Of a DNA stretch of 64,000 bases, positions 27,538 through 38,064 are shown in pieces; positions within the stretch are counted from its first letter, which is position 1, and each line of letters opens with the position of its first letter. The notes below the pieces were generated by a model, which had not been told where the DNA came from, did not search any database, and worked only from the letters and a program-made list of their open reading frames with translations. The stretch is taken from positions 11,632-75,631 of the forward strand of contig DHDR01000027.1 of assembly GCA_002399445.1 (NCBI GenBank), in the 5' to 3' direction. Source of the DNA: Ruminococcaceae bacterium UBA4871. Its GTDB lineage: Bacteria > Bacillota > Clostridia > Oscillospirales > Acutalibacteraceae. A program made the translations under genes and the position numbers.

Positions 27538-28080
27538 CTACACATCCTTATGTACAAATGTTGTAATCATGATTTTCCCATATTTATAAGTGCGGTATCT
27601 CTGAAATAGGCCGACAGTATCCGGCAGCTTTTCATCAGCCGGATACTCACATAGAATCATACCACCGGAATTCATAATGGCAGCACAAAGCGGCAGTGCC
27701 TGCTGCAGCAGACCTGTCCGATAGGGCGGATCCAAAAAGCAAATATCATAAGGCAGAGATTTTCTCTGCAGAAACAGCAGCGTATCTGTCTGAAAAACCG
27801 ACGCCTGCTGTGCAAGCCCTGTAGACTCGAGATTCTTTTGAATCACTGCAACGCTCTCTTTGCTTCTATCTATAAAATCAGCATGGGCTGCACCACGGCT
27901 GAGTGTCTCAATACCAAGCTGACCGGAACCAGCAAATGCATCCAGCACCCGGCGGCCCTCCACCTGAAACTGGATAATATTAAAAATTGCCTCTTTGACA
28001 CGTTCCGGAGTAGGACGTGTTTCAGAACCTTCCCGGGTAACAAGTCGACGGCCACGGGCCTTACCGGCGATGACACGCAT
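27538..28080 (-). CDS. rsmD: 16S rRNA (guanine966-N2)-methyltransferase
   Basis: MRVIAGKARGRRL...DAFAGSG...FLDPPY. Start at ATG 28080, 9 nt after AAGGAG. Confidence 0.9.
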   Translation of the reverse strand: MRVIAGKARGRRLVTREGSETRPTPERVKEAIFNIIQFQVEGRRVLDAFAGSGQLGIETLSRGAAHADFIDRSKESVAVIQKNLESTGLAQQASVFQTDTLLFLQRKSLPYDICFLDPPYRTGLLQQALPLCAAIMNSGGMILCEYPADEKLPDTVGLFQRYRTYKYGKIMITTFVHKDV

Positions 28081-28285
28081 GGAATCATACTCCTTTTCTC
28101 GGGGCAGCATCTGCTGAGTCATAACGCAGCTGACTCACCTATTTACTGACCATATTTTTGCATACCACGGCTTTTATTATCGCATTACAAAGCAATTCTG
28201 TCAATGTCAACAGAAAAAAGAAAATGAATTTCCCCAAATCTACCAGGTTTTCAAAAATTGCAAAATATTGTCTATTTGTTCTTGT

Positions 28286-30127
28286 TTATTCTTGATTTTC
28301 ATGAAAATAGGCGAAAACTTTTGCGGCAGCCGGATGTGTCATATCCGGAGCACCTTCCAGTTCTTCCAAGGTAGCTTCCCGGATTGCAGAAACAGTGCGA
28401 AAATGGTGCAGCAAGGATTTTGCGCGTTTTTCTCCAACACCCTCAATCTGCGTCAAAGAGGAAGAAAAAGTATGTTTTCGGCGGCTTTGTCGGTGATAAC
28501 CGATTGCCCACCGATGAACTTCATCCTGAATACTGGAAACTAGTGTAAACGCCGCTCTGTGGGAATTGATGGCAATTTCCCCGCCGTCTCCGGTAATAGC
28601 GCGTGTACGGTGATTATTGTCCTTCACCATTCCAAACAGAGGAATCTGCAGGCCAAACTGCTTCAGGACTGGACAGACCGCATGGACCTGCCCTTTTCCA
28701 CCATCCAGCAAGATTAGATCCGGAAGCCGGCCAAAGCCCTCTTTTTCTCCTTTATGTGCCTCATATTCCTGAAAACGGCGCGTAAGGACTTCCTGCATAG
28801 AAGCATAGTCGTCCTGCCCATCAACTGTTTTAATTTTAAACTTTCGATAAGCTGATTTAAGCGGGCGGCCATTTTCAAAGACGACCATTCCAGCTACATT
28901 GTCTTCTCCTGCAAGATTGGAAATATCATAGGATTCAATATACTGCGGCGGATTCGGCATGCCTAAAAGCCTGCCAAGCTCATCCAGTGCGCTGGTTTCC
29001 CGTCCGGTTCGGCCGGTTGTCTGGGCAACCTGTTCCGCTGCATTGCTGCGCACCATTTCGACCAATTTTGCCTGCTCGCCCTTTTGAGGCAGCAGAATAT
29101 GCACAGCATGGCCGGCCTTTTCCGTCAGCCACCGCTCCAGTAAATCAGCACTTTCTGCTGCTCCATCCAATGTAACCTTCGGTGGAATAGAGTCCCGCAT
29201 CGAATAATATCGTTCCACAAATTCACGCCGGGCATTCTCCGGCTCTCCTACCGGTCCCATGGGAAAACTTTCCCGGTCATACAGACGTGCATCATGGAAA
29301 CGGAATACCTGAAAACACGCCGCTGAAGGTCCTTGTGCCAATGCAATAACATCCTGTTCCGGAACCGAATTGGCCACTACTTTCTGCCGATCTGCCATTC
29401 GCTTAATTGCCTGCAGCCGGTCGCGCAGACGCGCAGCGCGCTCAAACTGTAATTTCCCGCTGGCTTCCATCATCTGCTGCTCCAGTTTTTTGACAGAAGC
29501 ATGCCTGCCGCCCTGCAGAAATTCGACAGCTTCTTCTACCAATTTCCGGTATTCTGTCTGCGTAATTTTGCCAAGGCACGGAGCACAGCATTGCTTAATA
29601 TAGTAATTGAGGCAGGGACGTTTCTTCCCAATATCCTGTGGAAAACGCCGACTGCAATCCGGCAGGCAGAAAATTTTCAGAGTTTCATCCACACTTTCTT
29701 TTGTCGCCCAGGAACTGACATAAGGGCCAAGATACCGTGCCCCATCATCCAGCATCTGCTGAGCCTGTGAAATGCGCGGCCAGTCTTCATTCGTAATTTT
29801 TATATAATGATAGCCTTTGTCATCCTTCAGCAAAATATTGTATTTGGGCGTATGCTGTTTAATTAAGCTTGCTTCCAACACAAGTGCTTCAAATTCACTG
29901 TCCGTTAAAATGTATTCAAACCAATCCACATGGGCAACCATCTGGCGCACCTTTTCTTCATGGTTTTTCTCGCTGCCAAAATATTGGCTGACGCGGTTTT
30001 TCAGTGCCTTTGCTTTTCCAATATAAATAATTTTCCCGCTTTTTTCGTGCATAATATACACGCCCGGATGCAGTGGCAGCTTCATTGCCTTTCTGCGCAG
30101 TTCGATGCGCTTTTCTTCATTGATCAC
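28286..30127 (-). CDS. uvrC: excinuclease ABC subunit C
   Basis: 613 aa. GIY-YIG domain (GVYIMHEKSGKIIYIGKAKALKNRVSQY), UVR domain and a C-terminal HhH. Confidence 0.95.
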   Translation of the reverse strand: MINEEKRIELRRKAMKLPLHPGVYIMHEKSGKIIYIGKAKALKNRVSQYFGSEKNHEEKVRQMVAHVDWFEYILTDSEFEALVLEASLIKQHTPKYNILLKDDKGYHYIKITNEDWPRISQAQQMLDDGARYLGPYVSSWATKESVDETLKIFCLPDCSRRFPQDIGKKRPCLNYYIKQCCAPCLGKITQTEYRKLVEEAVEFLQGGRHASVKKLEQQMMEASGKLQFERAARLRDRLQAIKRMADRQKVVANSVPEQDVIALAQGPSAACFQVFRFHDARLYDRESFPMGPVGEPENARREFVERYYSMRDSIPPKVTLDGAAESADLLERWLTEKAGHAVHILLPQKGEQAKLVEMVRSNAAEQVAQTTGRTGRETSALDELGRLLGMPNPPQYIESYDISNLAGEDNVAGMVVFENGRPLKSAYRKFKIKTVDGQDDYASMQEVLTRRFQEYEAHKGEKEGFGRLPDLILLDGGKGQVHAVCPVLKQFGLQIPLFGMVKDNNHRTRAITGDGGEIAINSHRAAFTLVSSIQDEVHRWAIGYHRQSRRKHTFSSSLTQIEGVGEKRAKSLLHHFRTVSAIREATLEELEGAPDMTHPAAAKVFAYFHENQE

Positions 30128-30170
30128 CCTATCTCATCTTCTTCCATAATCGGCAACAAATAGGATCCTA

Positions 30171-30221
30171 CAAAAAACAAAAGCTGCCCCGCCACGGAAA
30201 AACCGCGCTCACGGGACAGCT
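30171..30221 (-). terminator. intrinsic terminator after ptsH
   Basis: A GC-rich hairpin (AGCTGTCCCGTG...CGTGGCGGGGCAGCT on the minus strand) followed by TTTTGTTTTTTG. Confidence 0.6.
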
Positions 30222-30233
30222 GCCTGACACAAA

Positions 30234-30497
30234 TTACTCTGCAAAACCAGATTTGACCAAATCAACAAGGCTGTTGACGGCATCTTCTTCATCAGGGCCA
30301 TCAGCAATAATGCGAATAGTCGTTCCACCGATAATGCCCAAAGAAAGCACACCAAGCAGGCTCTTCGCATTTACGCGGCGTTCTTCTTTTTCCACCCAAA
30401 TAGAAGATTTATACTCATTCGCTTTCTGAATAAAGAAAGTTGCAGGGCGGGCATGGAGTCCAACTTGGTTTTGAACCAAAACTTCTTTAACACACAT
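30234..30497 (-). CDS. ptsH: phosphocarrier protein HPr
   Basis: 87 aa. Contains GLHARPA (His15) and NAKSLLGV (Ser46). Confidence 0.9.
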   Translation of the reverse strand: MCVKEVLVQNQVGLHARPATFFIQKANEYKSSIWVEKEERRVNAKSLLGVLSLGIIGGTTIRIIADGPDEEDAVNSLVDLVKSGFAE

Positions 30498-30596
30498 TCC
30501 GATTAACTCCTAACAATAAAAATTTCAAGCTGATTATTTTCAAATGAATCAAATGAATAAGTGCAAAATACCGCAGCCACATTTATCTGCACTGCT

Positions 30597-30624
30597 ATTA
30601 TAGCACTTTTCAATATGCGGTCAA
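30597..30624 (-). promoter_or_regulatory. sigma-A promoter of ptsH
   Basis: The minus strand reads TTGACC, a 16-bp spacer ending in TGC, then TATAAT (extended -10). Confidence 0.55.
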
Positions 30625-30763
30625 TCACCACGTCAAAAATTTGGACTTATCCATAACTACAAGGTATAGGACCATAAGCGTATTCGTGCAATTTGCCATA
30701 TTTGTTGAAAACTTTTAGGCTTTCTGCCTATCCTTTTGACAATACAATGCCGTTTTAACACTT

Positions 30764-31504
30764 TTATTTTTCTATATTAGCATCAAAATCAGTAAGAAAG
30801 CGCTGGTCATCCTTTGGCAGAGAAACTTTTTCCAACATATCCGGACGCTTCTGCAAAGTCCGCAGCAGGCTTTGCTGATGACGCCAACAGGCAATTTTCG
30901 CATGATGGCCTGTCATCAATACCGGCGGAACGCTTCTTCCGCGCCAAATTTGCGGCCTGCTGTACTGGGGGTATTCCAGCAGCCCATGATAATGACTTTC
31001 TTCCTCAAAACACGCATTGGCAGCAAGGACACCCGGCTGAAGACGGGCAAGAGAATCGATCAAACAAAGCGCGGGCAGTTCTCCGCCTGTCAAAACAAAA
31101 TCACCCAAAGAAATCTCTTCATCGACATAAGCGTCCAGCACACGCTCGTCCACACCCTCATAATGACCGCAGAGAATGCAAAGATTTTCATATTGATTGA
31201 GTTCTCCGAGCAGCGCCTGATTCATTGGCTTTCCCTGCGGACTCATATATACAATATGCGGTTTTTTCCCTAATGTACGAATCAAATCATCAAAACAGGC
31301 CGCAATTGGTTCTGCAAGCAGCAGCATTCCTTTTCCACCGCCGAAAATCGTATCATCCACTGTGCTGTGTTTGTCATGGGCATATGAACGGAGTTGATGC
31401 GGCACAATTTGTACAGCACCGCGTTTTCTTCCTCTGCCAACAATACTTTCCGCCAACACGGATTCGCACATCTCTGGAAACAGCGTAATCAAATCAATCC
31501 GCAT
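30764..31504 (-). CDS. trmD: tRNA (guanine37-N1)-methyltransferase
   Basis: 246 aa. MRIDLITLFPEM... Confidence 0.95.
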   Translation of the reverse strand: MRIDLITLFPEMCESVLAESIVGRGRKRGAVQIVPHQLRSYAHDKHSTVDDTIFGGGKGMLLLAEPIAACFDDLIRTLGKKPHIVYMSPQGKPMNQALLGELNQYENLCILCGHYEGVDERVLDAYVDEEISLGDFVLTGGELPALCLIDSLARLQPGVLAANACFEEESHYHGLLEYPQYSRPQIWRGRSVPPVLMTGHHAKIACWRHQQSLLRTLQKRPDMLEKVSLPKDDQRFLTDFDANIEK

Positions 31505-32006
31505 CGAACATTCCCTCCATCGGAACGATTTCTATAATGCCCTCCTCCAGCGAAACACGCTTGACCGTCTGCGGGATAGCCGGAATCAAAGTCGTTTTGC
31601 CGGAAGGTTCCCGAATTTCATATACATCATTCGCACCTGTTTCCAATACAGAGGTAAGCGTGCCAAAGATTTTTCCGTCCTCTGCGCTGCGCACGGTGAG
31701 TCCAATCAAATCCTGCCTGAAAAAAGTGTTTTCCGGCAGATGGACATCTTCCCTGCGAAAACATAATACACGGCCGCGCAGGGCGTCCGCCTGCTCCACA
31801 GACGTCACACCCTCCAGGATAAGCAAAAGCAGACTTTTGTGTACGCGGGAAGAAACCACATGAACTGGTTCTTTGCTCTTTTCCCAGTACAAAGTTTCAA
31901 ACTGCCGCAGAAATTCTGCGGAATCACACCATGGCTCCAGCCGGAGCTCCCCGCGCACGCCATGTGTACCGACAATGCGTCCGGCCTCTAGATATTCTAA
32001 TTTCAT
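31494..32006 (-). CDS. rimM: 16S rRNA processing protein RimM
   Basis: 170 aa. G.IVGTHGVRGELRL, plus position within the conserved operon. Confidence 0.9.
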   Translation of the reverse strand: MKLEYLEAGRIVGTHGVRGELRLEPWCDSAEFLRQFETLYWEKSKEPVHVVSSRVHKSLLLLILEGVTSVEQADALRGRVLCFRREDVHLPENTFFRQDLIGLTVRSAEDGKIFGTLTSVLETGANDVYEIREPSGKTTLIPAIPQTVKRVSLEEGIIEIVPMEGMFDAD

Positions 32007-32094
32007 TTTATCCTCCAGACTGATCGGACACCCTTGCAGCTGTAGAAAAATTCTGCCGCAGGCATCATCGCTTGCGGCAGAAATCTGAAATATG

Positions 32095-32328
32095 TCAGTC
32101 TATTTCCACAGACACCCTGGCGTTTTGCCGGGTAGCTGCTGCACGCATGACCACACGGATAGCCTTTGCAATACGGCCTTGTTTCCCAATGACACGCCCC
32201 ATATCACTTTCTGCTACATGCAAATGATAGGTAATCATACCATCCTGCGCAGGCTCGTCCACTGTAACATGAACCGCTGTTGGATCCTCCACCAGCCCCT
32301 GTGCGATGGAAATCAAGAGTTTCTCCAT
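32095..32328 (-). CDS. KH domain RNA-binding protein (YlqC-like)
   Basis: 77 aa. Contains VIGKQGRIAKAIR and sits in the conserved position between rpsP and rimM. Confidence 0.85.
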   Translation of the reverse strand: MEKLLISIAQGLVEDPTAVHVTVDEPAQDGMITYHLHVAESDMGRVIGKQGRIAKAIRVVMRAAATRQNARVSVEID

Positions 32329-32347
32329 GGAGCAAACCTCCTTTAAT

Positions 32348-32590
32348 TCAGATCACACCATTTTGTTTGAAAAGGCGCTTTACGGTATCGGTCGGCTGAG
32401 CTCCATTTTTCATCCAAGTCTGAACTTTTTCTGCATCGACCTTTACTTCTGCAGGCTCTTTCAGCGGATTATAGTAACCGATTTCCTCAATGAAACGACC
32501 GTCACGGGGATAACGGGAATCTGCCACTACGATACGATAAAACGGGTTCTTCTTTGCACCCATACGGCGCAGACGAATCTTAACTGCCAT
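32348..32590 (-). CDS. rpsP: 30S ribosomal protein S16
   Basis: [26 protein letters not shown]. Start at ATG 32590; the track ORF extends further upstream. Confidence 0.95.
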   Translation of the reverse strand: MAVKIRLRRMGAKKNPFYRIVVADSRYPRDGRFIEEIGYYNPLKEPAEVKVDAEKVQTWMKNGAQPTDTVKRLFKQNGVI

Positions 32591-32674
32591 TGTTTTTACC
32601 TCCAAAGGAAAATAGAAAAAATAATATAATTTCATAATCAGGAATTTCGGGCTTTCCGCCGCTGATTCCCTGAA

Positions 32675-34027
32675 TTATCTGGATTGAAAAGGCATTCCGC
32701 CCGGCATCCCCATTGGGGGCATCCAGCGGCGCCGACCTTTTTTATTTTTCATCATTTTCATCAATTTCTGCATCTGTTCCATAGACTTCAACAACTTATT
32801 GACATCCTCCACCTTAGCGCCGCTGCCCGCCGCAATACGGCGTTTACGGGAAGGATTGATAACAGCGGGCTTCGCACGCTCTTCCAAGGTCATGGAAAGG
32901 ATAATTGCCTTTTCGCGGTCAATCAGATGGTCATCCAACTGATTATCGCTGAGTTTGCGGGTATCCATCCCGAATTTTTCCAAAATACCACGCATAGGCC
33001 CCATTTTTTTCACTTGATCGAATTGCGCCAGCAGGTCATTAAAATCGAGCTTATTCTGCACCAGCCGCTTTGCAGTCTTGGCGGCCTCCTTTTCGTCCAG
33101 TTTGGACTGTGCATCCTCAATCAAGGTAAGCACATCGCCCATGCCGAGGATTCGGGAAGCCATCCGGTCCGGATGAAACACCTCAATATCGTCCAATTTT
33201 TCACCGACACCGATAAACTTAATCGGCTTACCCGTAACCGCTTTCACAGACAGTGCAGCACCGCCGCGGGTGTCGCCGTCCAGCTTTGTCAGAATCACAC
33301 CGGTAATACCCAGCTTTTCGTCAAATGTTTTGGCAACATTGACGGCTTCCTGACCGGTCATACTGTCCACCACCAGCAGGATTTCACTTGGTTCCACCGC
33401 TTTTTGGATATTTTGCAGTTCTGCCATCAGCTTTTCATCAATCTGCAGACGGCCAGCCGTATCAATCAGGACAAAATCATTGCCATAATCTTTGGCATGA
33501 CGCACCGCGTCTTTGCTAATTTGAATCGGGTCACCCTGTCCTTCTTCAAAGACAGACACCCCGGCCTGTTCCCCAACAATCTGTAACTGCTTAATTGCTG
33601 CCGGGCGGTAGACATCACAGGCAACCAGCAGGGGACGGTGGCCCTGCTTTTTCAGCAGCCGGCCCAGCTTTGCCGCATGGGTCGTTTTTCCGGCACCCTG
33701 CAGCCCGCAGAGCATCATAACACAAGGTCCGGAAGAGGGCATTTTCAGGTGAGCCTCCCCGCCGCCCATCAGCGCTGTCAGCTCTTCATCAACTATTTTG
33801 ACTACCATCTGCCCCGGGGTAAGGCTTTCCATAACCTCACTGCCCACTGCACGCTCACTGATCTTTTTCGTAAACTCCTTGGCAACCTTATAGTTGACAT
33901 CCGCTTCCAGCAGGGCAAGGCGCACCTCACGCATTGCCGCTTTGACATCTCCTTCTGTCAGCTTGCCTTTACTTTTCAGTCGCCGGAATGCAGCGGAAAG
34001 TTTGTCTGTCAGGCTTTCAAATGCCAT
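32675..34027 (-). CDS. ffh: signal recognition particle protein Ffh
   Basis: 450 aa. GLQGAGKTT, DTAGR and a Met-rich C-terminal M domain. Confidence 0.95.
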   Translation of the reverse strand: MAFESLTDKLSAAFRRLKSKGKLTEGDVKAAMREVRLALLEADVNYKVAKEFTKKISERAVGSEVMESLTPGQMVVKIVDEELTALMGGGEAHLKMPSSGPCVMMLCGLQGAGKTTHAAKLGRLLKKQGHRPLLVACDVYRPAAIKQLQIVGEQAGVSVFEEGQGDPIQISKDAVRHAKDYGNDFVLIDTAGRLQIDEKLMAELQNIQKAVEPSEILLVVDSMTGQEAVNVAKTFDEKLGITGVILTKLDGDTRGGAALSVKAVTGKPIKFIGVGEKLDDIEVFHPDRMASRILGMGDVLTLIEDAQSKLDEKEAAKTAKRLVQNKLDFNDLLAQFDQVKKMGPMRGILEKFGMDTRKLSDNQLDDHLIDREKAIILSMTLEERAKPAVINPSRKRRIAAGSGAKVEDVNKLLKSMEQMQKLMKMMKNKKGRRRWMPPMGMPGGMPFQSR

Positions 34028-34043
34028 AAACGCGCCTCCTCAA

Positions 34044-34412
34044 TCATTCTGAATCTTCCAGTTTTGCAAGAATTTTCAGCAATTTTTCAATCTGCTCGGT
34101 AATAGACTTGTCATAGACAAAGCGGCTGTTATAGTCTCGGATGTGCTCCGCATACTGTCGAATCTGGGCATAAGCAGCTGCGCGTTGGCGGGATTTGCGT
34201 AAAATGCCGAGATTTTTTTCCATTTCAATCAACTGTGCTTCTCCACGTTTAATGGAGTCCCGCACACCTTGACGAGTAATCCCTTCATTTTGCGCAATTT
34301 CAGACAAAGAAAGATCATCATTATAATAACAGGAAATAACTTCCCTCTGCTTTTTTGTCAGCATGGAACTATAATAGTCCAGCAGAAGTGAAATTTCAAG
34401 ATTCTTTGCCAA
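34044..34412 (-). CDS. ylxM: YlxM-type putative DNA-binding protein (UPF0122)
   Basis: LLLDYYSSMLTKKQREVISCYYNDDLSLSEIAQNEGITRQGVRD. I propose a TTG start at 34412 behind GGAGG. The start is uncertain; the track ORF extends to 34493. Confidence 0.75.
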   Translation of the reverse strand: MAKNLEISLLLDYYSSMLTKKQREVISCYYNDDLSLSEIAQNEGITRQGVRDSIKRGEAQLIEMEKNLGILRKSRQRAAAYAQIRQYAEHIRDYNSRFVYDKSITEQIEKLLKILAKLEDSE

Positions 34413-34627
34413 CCTCCGCGCCTCCGTTCCTGTAAAGTTCTTTGCTTTACAAGCAGTTTGATTATACCGCATTTTCGCGCAATTGTCAAGCACTTCTCTG
34501 CAGGTACAGAATCAAGGCTCCTGCACTGTACAAGTCCAACTCGGTCTGTTAAAATAAGTATAATTTTAATCATTAGAATGGATTACGGAAAGCCTTTCAT
34601 CTGCGTCATATTTTCTGGAGGTATCCT

Positions 34628-36190
34628 ATGAAAAATGTTGTCATCATTGGTGCTGGACCCGCAGGACTAACCGCTGCACATGAGCTGCTAAGCCGCGGAA
34701 AAGGTAACTTTTCGGTTTCAATTTTGGAAGAAAGCGGAACAGTCGGCGGCATTTCGCGCACCGTTCCGTGGCATGGAAACCGCATGGATATCGGCGGACA
34801 CCGTTTCTTTTCTAAAGAGAACCGGGTCAACCAGTGGTGGGCAGAACGCATGCCGGCCCAGGGAGCACCTTCTTTTGATGACAAAGCACTGGACCGAAAG
34901 TGCATACTCTCCCCCGGAGGTCCAAATCCGGAACAGGAAGACCATGTAATGCTTACCCGCAGGCGCGTTTCCCGAATTTATTATAAACACCATTTTTTTG
35001 ATTACCCGATTACCTTGAAAGCTCAGACTCTACGCAATCTTGGACTCATCTCCGCCATAAAAGCAGGCTGCAGCTATCTGCATGCCTGTGCAAACCATCT
35101 TCCGGAAACAAGTCTTGAAAATTTTTACATTAACCGCTTCGGCAAAATCCTTTACAGTATGTTCTTTGAAGGTTACACGGAAAAGCTCTGGGGGCGCCAT
35201 CCCTGCAATATTTCTGCAGACTGGGGCGCCCAGCGTGTCAAAGGACTTTCAGTTTCCGCTGTGCTGAAAGATATGCTGAAAAAAGCAGTTGGAAAGAAAG
35301 GGAAAGAAACAGAAACTTCCCTGATAGAACAGTTTCAGTATCCCAAATACGGTCCCGGCCAGCTCTGGGAACAAACGGCAGCAGAAATTACCGCAATGGG
35401 TGGAGTGCTGCACCGGAACTGCCGAGTGACCGGCGTCCACACGGAAAACGGCCGAGTTACTTCCGTGACCGTGCAGACAGCCAAGGAAACGAAAACCGTG
35501 AAGGGAGAAATTTTTCTTTCTTCCATGCCGCTCAAAGATTTGGTCGGCGGTATGGAAAATGTTCCTCAGCCAATCGCAGAAATTGCCGCAGGCCTTCCCT
35601 ATCGGGATTTTGTTACGATCGGAATTTTAGTTAAAAAATTGAATTTAAAAAATCAAACGAACATCCGTACACTTGGGAATATCATACCGGACTGTTGGAT
35701 CTATATTCAGGACCCGGGCGTACAGCTCGGGCGCATCCAGATTTTCAACAATTGGTCCCCCTATATGGTGGCCAAGCCATTAGATACCGTATGGATAGGT
35801 CTGGAATATTTCTGCACAGAAGGAGATGCTTTCTGGAATATGACAGAAAAGCAGTGCACTGCTTTTGCTGCCGGCGAACTGGTGAAAATGGGGATTCTCT
35901 CATCTCCTGAGGATATTTTGGACTCGCACCGCGTTCGTGTAAAAAAAGCCTATCCGGCCTATTTTGATACATATGCACAGATAGACCGCCTGATTGCCTA
36001 CCTGAATCAGTTTGAAAATCTGTACTGTATAGGGCGCAACGGCCAGCATCATTACAACAATATGGACCATTCCATGATGACAGCTTTTGAATCAGTAGAC
36101 AATATTCTTTCTGAAAAAAAAGACAAAGCGAATATCTGGAACGTCAATACCGACGGCGATTATCAGGAAGAAAACAAAAAAGAAGGATGA
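34628..36190 (+). CDS. FAD/NAD(P)-dependent oxidoreductase (amine-oxidase/UDP-galactopyranose-mutase-like fold)
   Basis: 520 aa. Has the N-terminal Rossmann motif [17 protein letters not shown]. The substrate is unknown. Confidence 0.7.
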   Translation: MKNVVIIGAGPAGLTAAHELLSRGKGNFSVSILEESGTVGGISRTVPWHGNRMDIGGHRFFSKENRVNQWWAERMPAQGAPSFDDKALDRKCILSPGGPNPEQEDHVMLTRRRVSRIYYKHHFFDYPITLKAQTLRNLGLISAIKAGCSYLHACANHLPETSLENFYINRFGKILYSMFFEGYTEKLWGRHPCNISADWGAQRVKGLSVSAVLKDMLKKAVGKKGKETETSLIEQFQYPKYGPGQLWEQTAAEITAMGGVLHRNCRVTGVHTENGRVTSVTVQTAKETKTVKGEIFLSSMPLKDLVGGMENVPQPIAEIAAGLPYRDFVTIGILVKKLNLKNQTNIRTLGNIIPDCWIYIQDPGVQLGRIQIFNNWSPYMVAKPLDTVWIGLEYFCTEGDAFWNMTEKQCTAFAAGELVKMGILSSPEDILDSHRVRVKKAYPAYFDTYAQIDRLIAYLNQFENLYCIGRNGQHHYNNMDHSMMTAFESVDNILSEKKDKANIWNVNTDGDYQEENKKEG

Positions 36191-36202
36191 AGGAGCACTT
36201 CC

Positions 36203-37939
36203 ATGCGTATCGGCAAAAAACAGAGCGACCTTTTTTCTCATCCCTATATCCTCCTGATTCTCGGATGCCTGCTGGTCTACGTTGCTTTTCCGCAGGGAAA
36301 CTCGGAGAATATACTGAAAATCCGAAGCATTGTCTGCCTTGCCGCCCCATTAGCAGCTGCCGCAGTCTGGCAGTTCTTTCTGTATTGCAAGAAGTGGACG
36401 AAGAAAGGCCAGAAGCCAGACCCTCCTCTCATTACAATTAAAATTTGCCTCGTAATCTGTATCTTGTGTCTCATTTTCCTGTTTTGGCACAGTCCCTATC
36501 AGTTGGAAATGCTGGCATCTGTAGTTTTGCTCATACTGGGAACAATTGCACTGTGGGCACACATTTCCAACCACTTGACTTCCCGTTTGGCTTGTATCCT
36601 GCTTGGAGCAGCCGCATTTTCCCTGCATGCAGTTTATATTCTCTATACAGCCTATTTGGTTCGCCAGCATGACGTGATGGATATTCAAAGCTCCATCGGG
36701 CATCAGGCATACATGCTTTATTTTGTCAATCACAATTTTGCCCTTCCCAACTTTGACCCTCGTTCCGTCTGGGAATTTTATCACCCACCGCTTCACTATT
36801 GGGTCAGTGCACTGTGGATTAAGCTGCAAATGCTGTTCGGCACGGATCCTGCCACCGCTGTGGAAAATGTCCAATATCTTACTCTTTTCTATTCGTGCGC
36901 CGCTCTGATTATCAGCTACCGAATCCTTCGCATCCTGCAGTTTGACGGGACCGCATTAATTGTGTCTTTTGCCATTTTATGTTTCCACCCTTCCCTGATC
37001 CTCCTTTCCGGCAGTATCAATAATGATATGCTCGGTATTGTACTTTCATTTGCGGCAATTCTATATGCACTGCGCTGGTATCAAAATCCCACGCGAAAAA
37101 GCATTTTGCTGCTCGCCTTGTGGATTGGTCTTTCTATGATGGCAAAATCCTCCGGAATTTTGGCTGCACCCGCCGTGGCTTTCCTGTTTCTGCGAAAGTT
37201 TCTGAAAGCAAAGGATTCGCGCCTTATCTTTTGGAAGCAATTCGGCCTTTTTCTCGCCGTCAGCATTCCGCTTGGACTGTGGTGGAGTATTTATTGTAAG
37301 ATCCGTTTTGGCATGCCAATCGGTGCCGTAACGGGTTTACAGCCTGACAATCCACAATATCTCGGTCATGACAGCCCTATACAACGCCTGTTTGGTATGG
37401 ATTGGCATCACTTTTCTGTTTTTGAAAATTGGAATTGGCAGGACGGCGTGTTTGAATACAATCTTTGGATTGCCCTGCTGAAAACGGCCCTGTTTGATGA
37501 AGCGGAACTTTTCGTATCCGGTCCCGGCCTCATCTTTTCGCAGATGTTATTTTGGGTAAATGCCCTCCTGACTGCAGGAATGCTTGTCTGCATAATTTTG
37601 TCAGTGGTCTATGCATGGCGCAAACAAGCACCCATCAAAACCTGTCAGGCAGGATTTCGCCCCTTTACACTTTTTTTCACGGTTCTGTTTGTTACTTATC
37701 TTCTATTTTATATTGGCTTTTGTTTTCGGGAACCTTATGCCTGTACGCAGAATTTCCGCTACATTGTGCCCACTCTTCTGCCTGCCGCGGCAGCACAGGG
37801 AGCGGTACTGAAACATAACCGCCTGCAGCCAAGCCAAAAGTCCAAAGCACTTACTTGGACAATCACCCTGCTGTCCACCGCTTTCTGTATACTGAGTGCT
37901 TTCGTTTATCTTCTGGCAGGATGCAGTACGGCGCTGTAA
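36203..37939 (+). CDS. polytopic membrane glycosyltransferase, GT-C fold (GT39/ArnT-like)
   Basis: 578 aa with more than 10 predicted TM helices. FYHPPLHYWVSALW and NNDMLGIVL-type loops are typical of PMT/ArnT-like enzymes. Confidence 0.65.
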   Translation: MRIGKKQSDLFSHPYILLILGCLLVYVAFPQGNSENILKIRSIVCLAAPLAAAAVWQFFLYCKKWTKKGQKPDPPLITIKICLVICILCLIFLFWHSPYQLEMLASVVLLILGTIALWAHISNHLTSRLACILLGAAAFSLHAVYILYTAYLVRQHDVMDIQSSIGHQAYMLYFVNHNFALPNFDPRSVWEFYHPPLHYWVSALWIKLQMLFGTDPATAVENVQYLTLFYSCAALIISYRILRILQFDGTALIVSFAILCFHPSLILLSGSINNDMLGIVLSFAAILYALRWYQNPTRKSILLLALWIGLSMMAKSSGILAAPAVAFLFLRKFLKAKDSRLIFWKQFGLFLAVSIPLGLWWSIYCKIRFGMPIGAVTGLQPDNPQYLGHDSPIQRLFGMDWHHFSVFENWNWQDGVFEYNLWIALLKTALFDEAELFVSGPGLIFSQMLFWVNALLTAGMLVCIILSVVYAWRKQAPIKTCQAGFRPFTLFFTVLFVTYLLFYIGFCFREPYACTQNFRYIVPTLLPAAAAQGAVLKHNRLQPSQKSKALTWTITLLSTAFCILSAFVYLLAGCSTAL

Positions 37940-38064
37940 ACGAAAGCAGCCCGTTTAAAACTCATCTCCTGATTTCTAATGGAAATTGTATCAAATAAAG
38001 CGCTGTGCTATAATACTGCTGTATTCATAAACTGGTGGACCGCACAATAAGGAGAATTGATTCA

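Noticed and set aside
30540-30557. Tandem 9-bp repeat TCAAATGAA x2 in the ptsH 5' UTR
   Set aside because: There are only two copies in AT-rich sequence, and no matching motif elsewhere in the window.
32684-33586. 300-aa plus-strand ORF
   Set aside because: It is a shadow ORF antisense to ffh. It is His/Gln/Phe-rich nonsense with no RBS.
36350-36874. 174-aa minus-strand ORF
   Set aside because: It is antisense to the GT-C membrane protein gene and looks like a shadow ORF.
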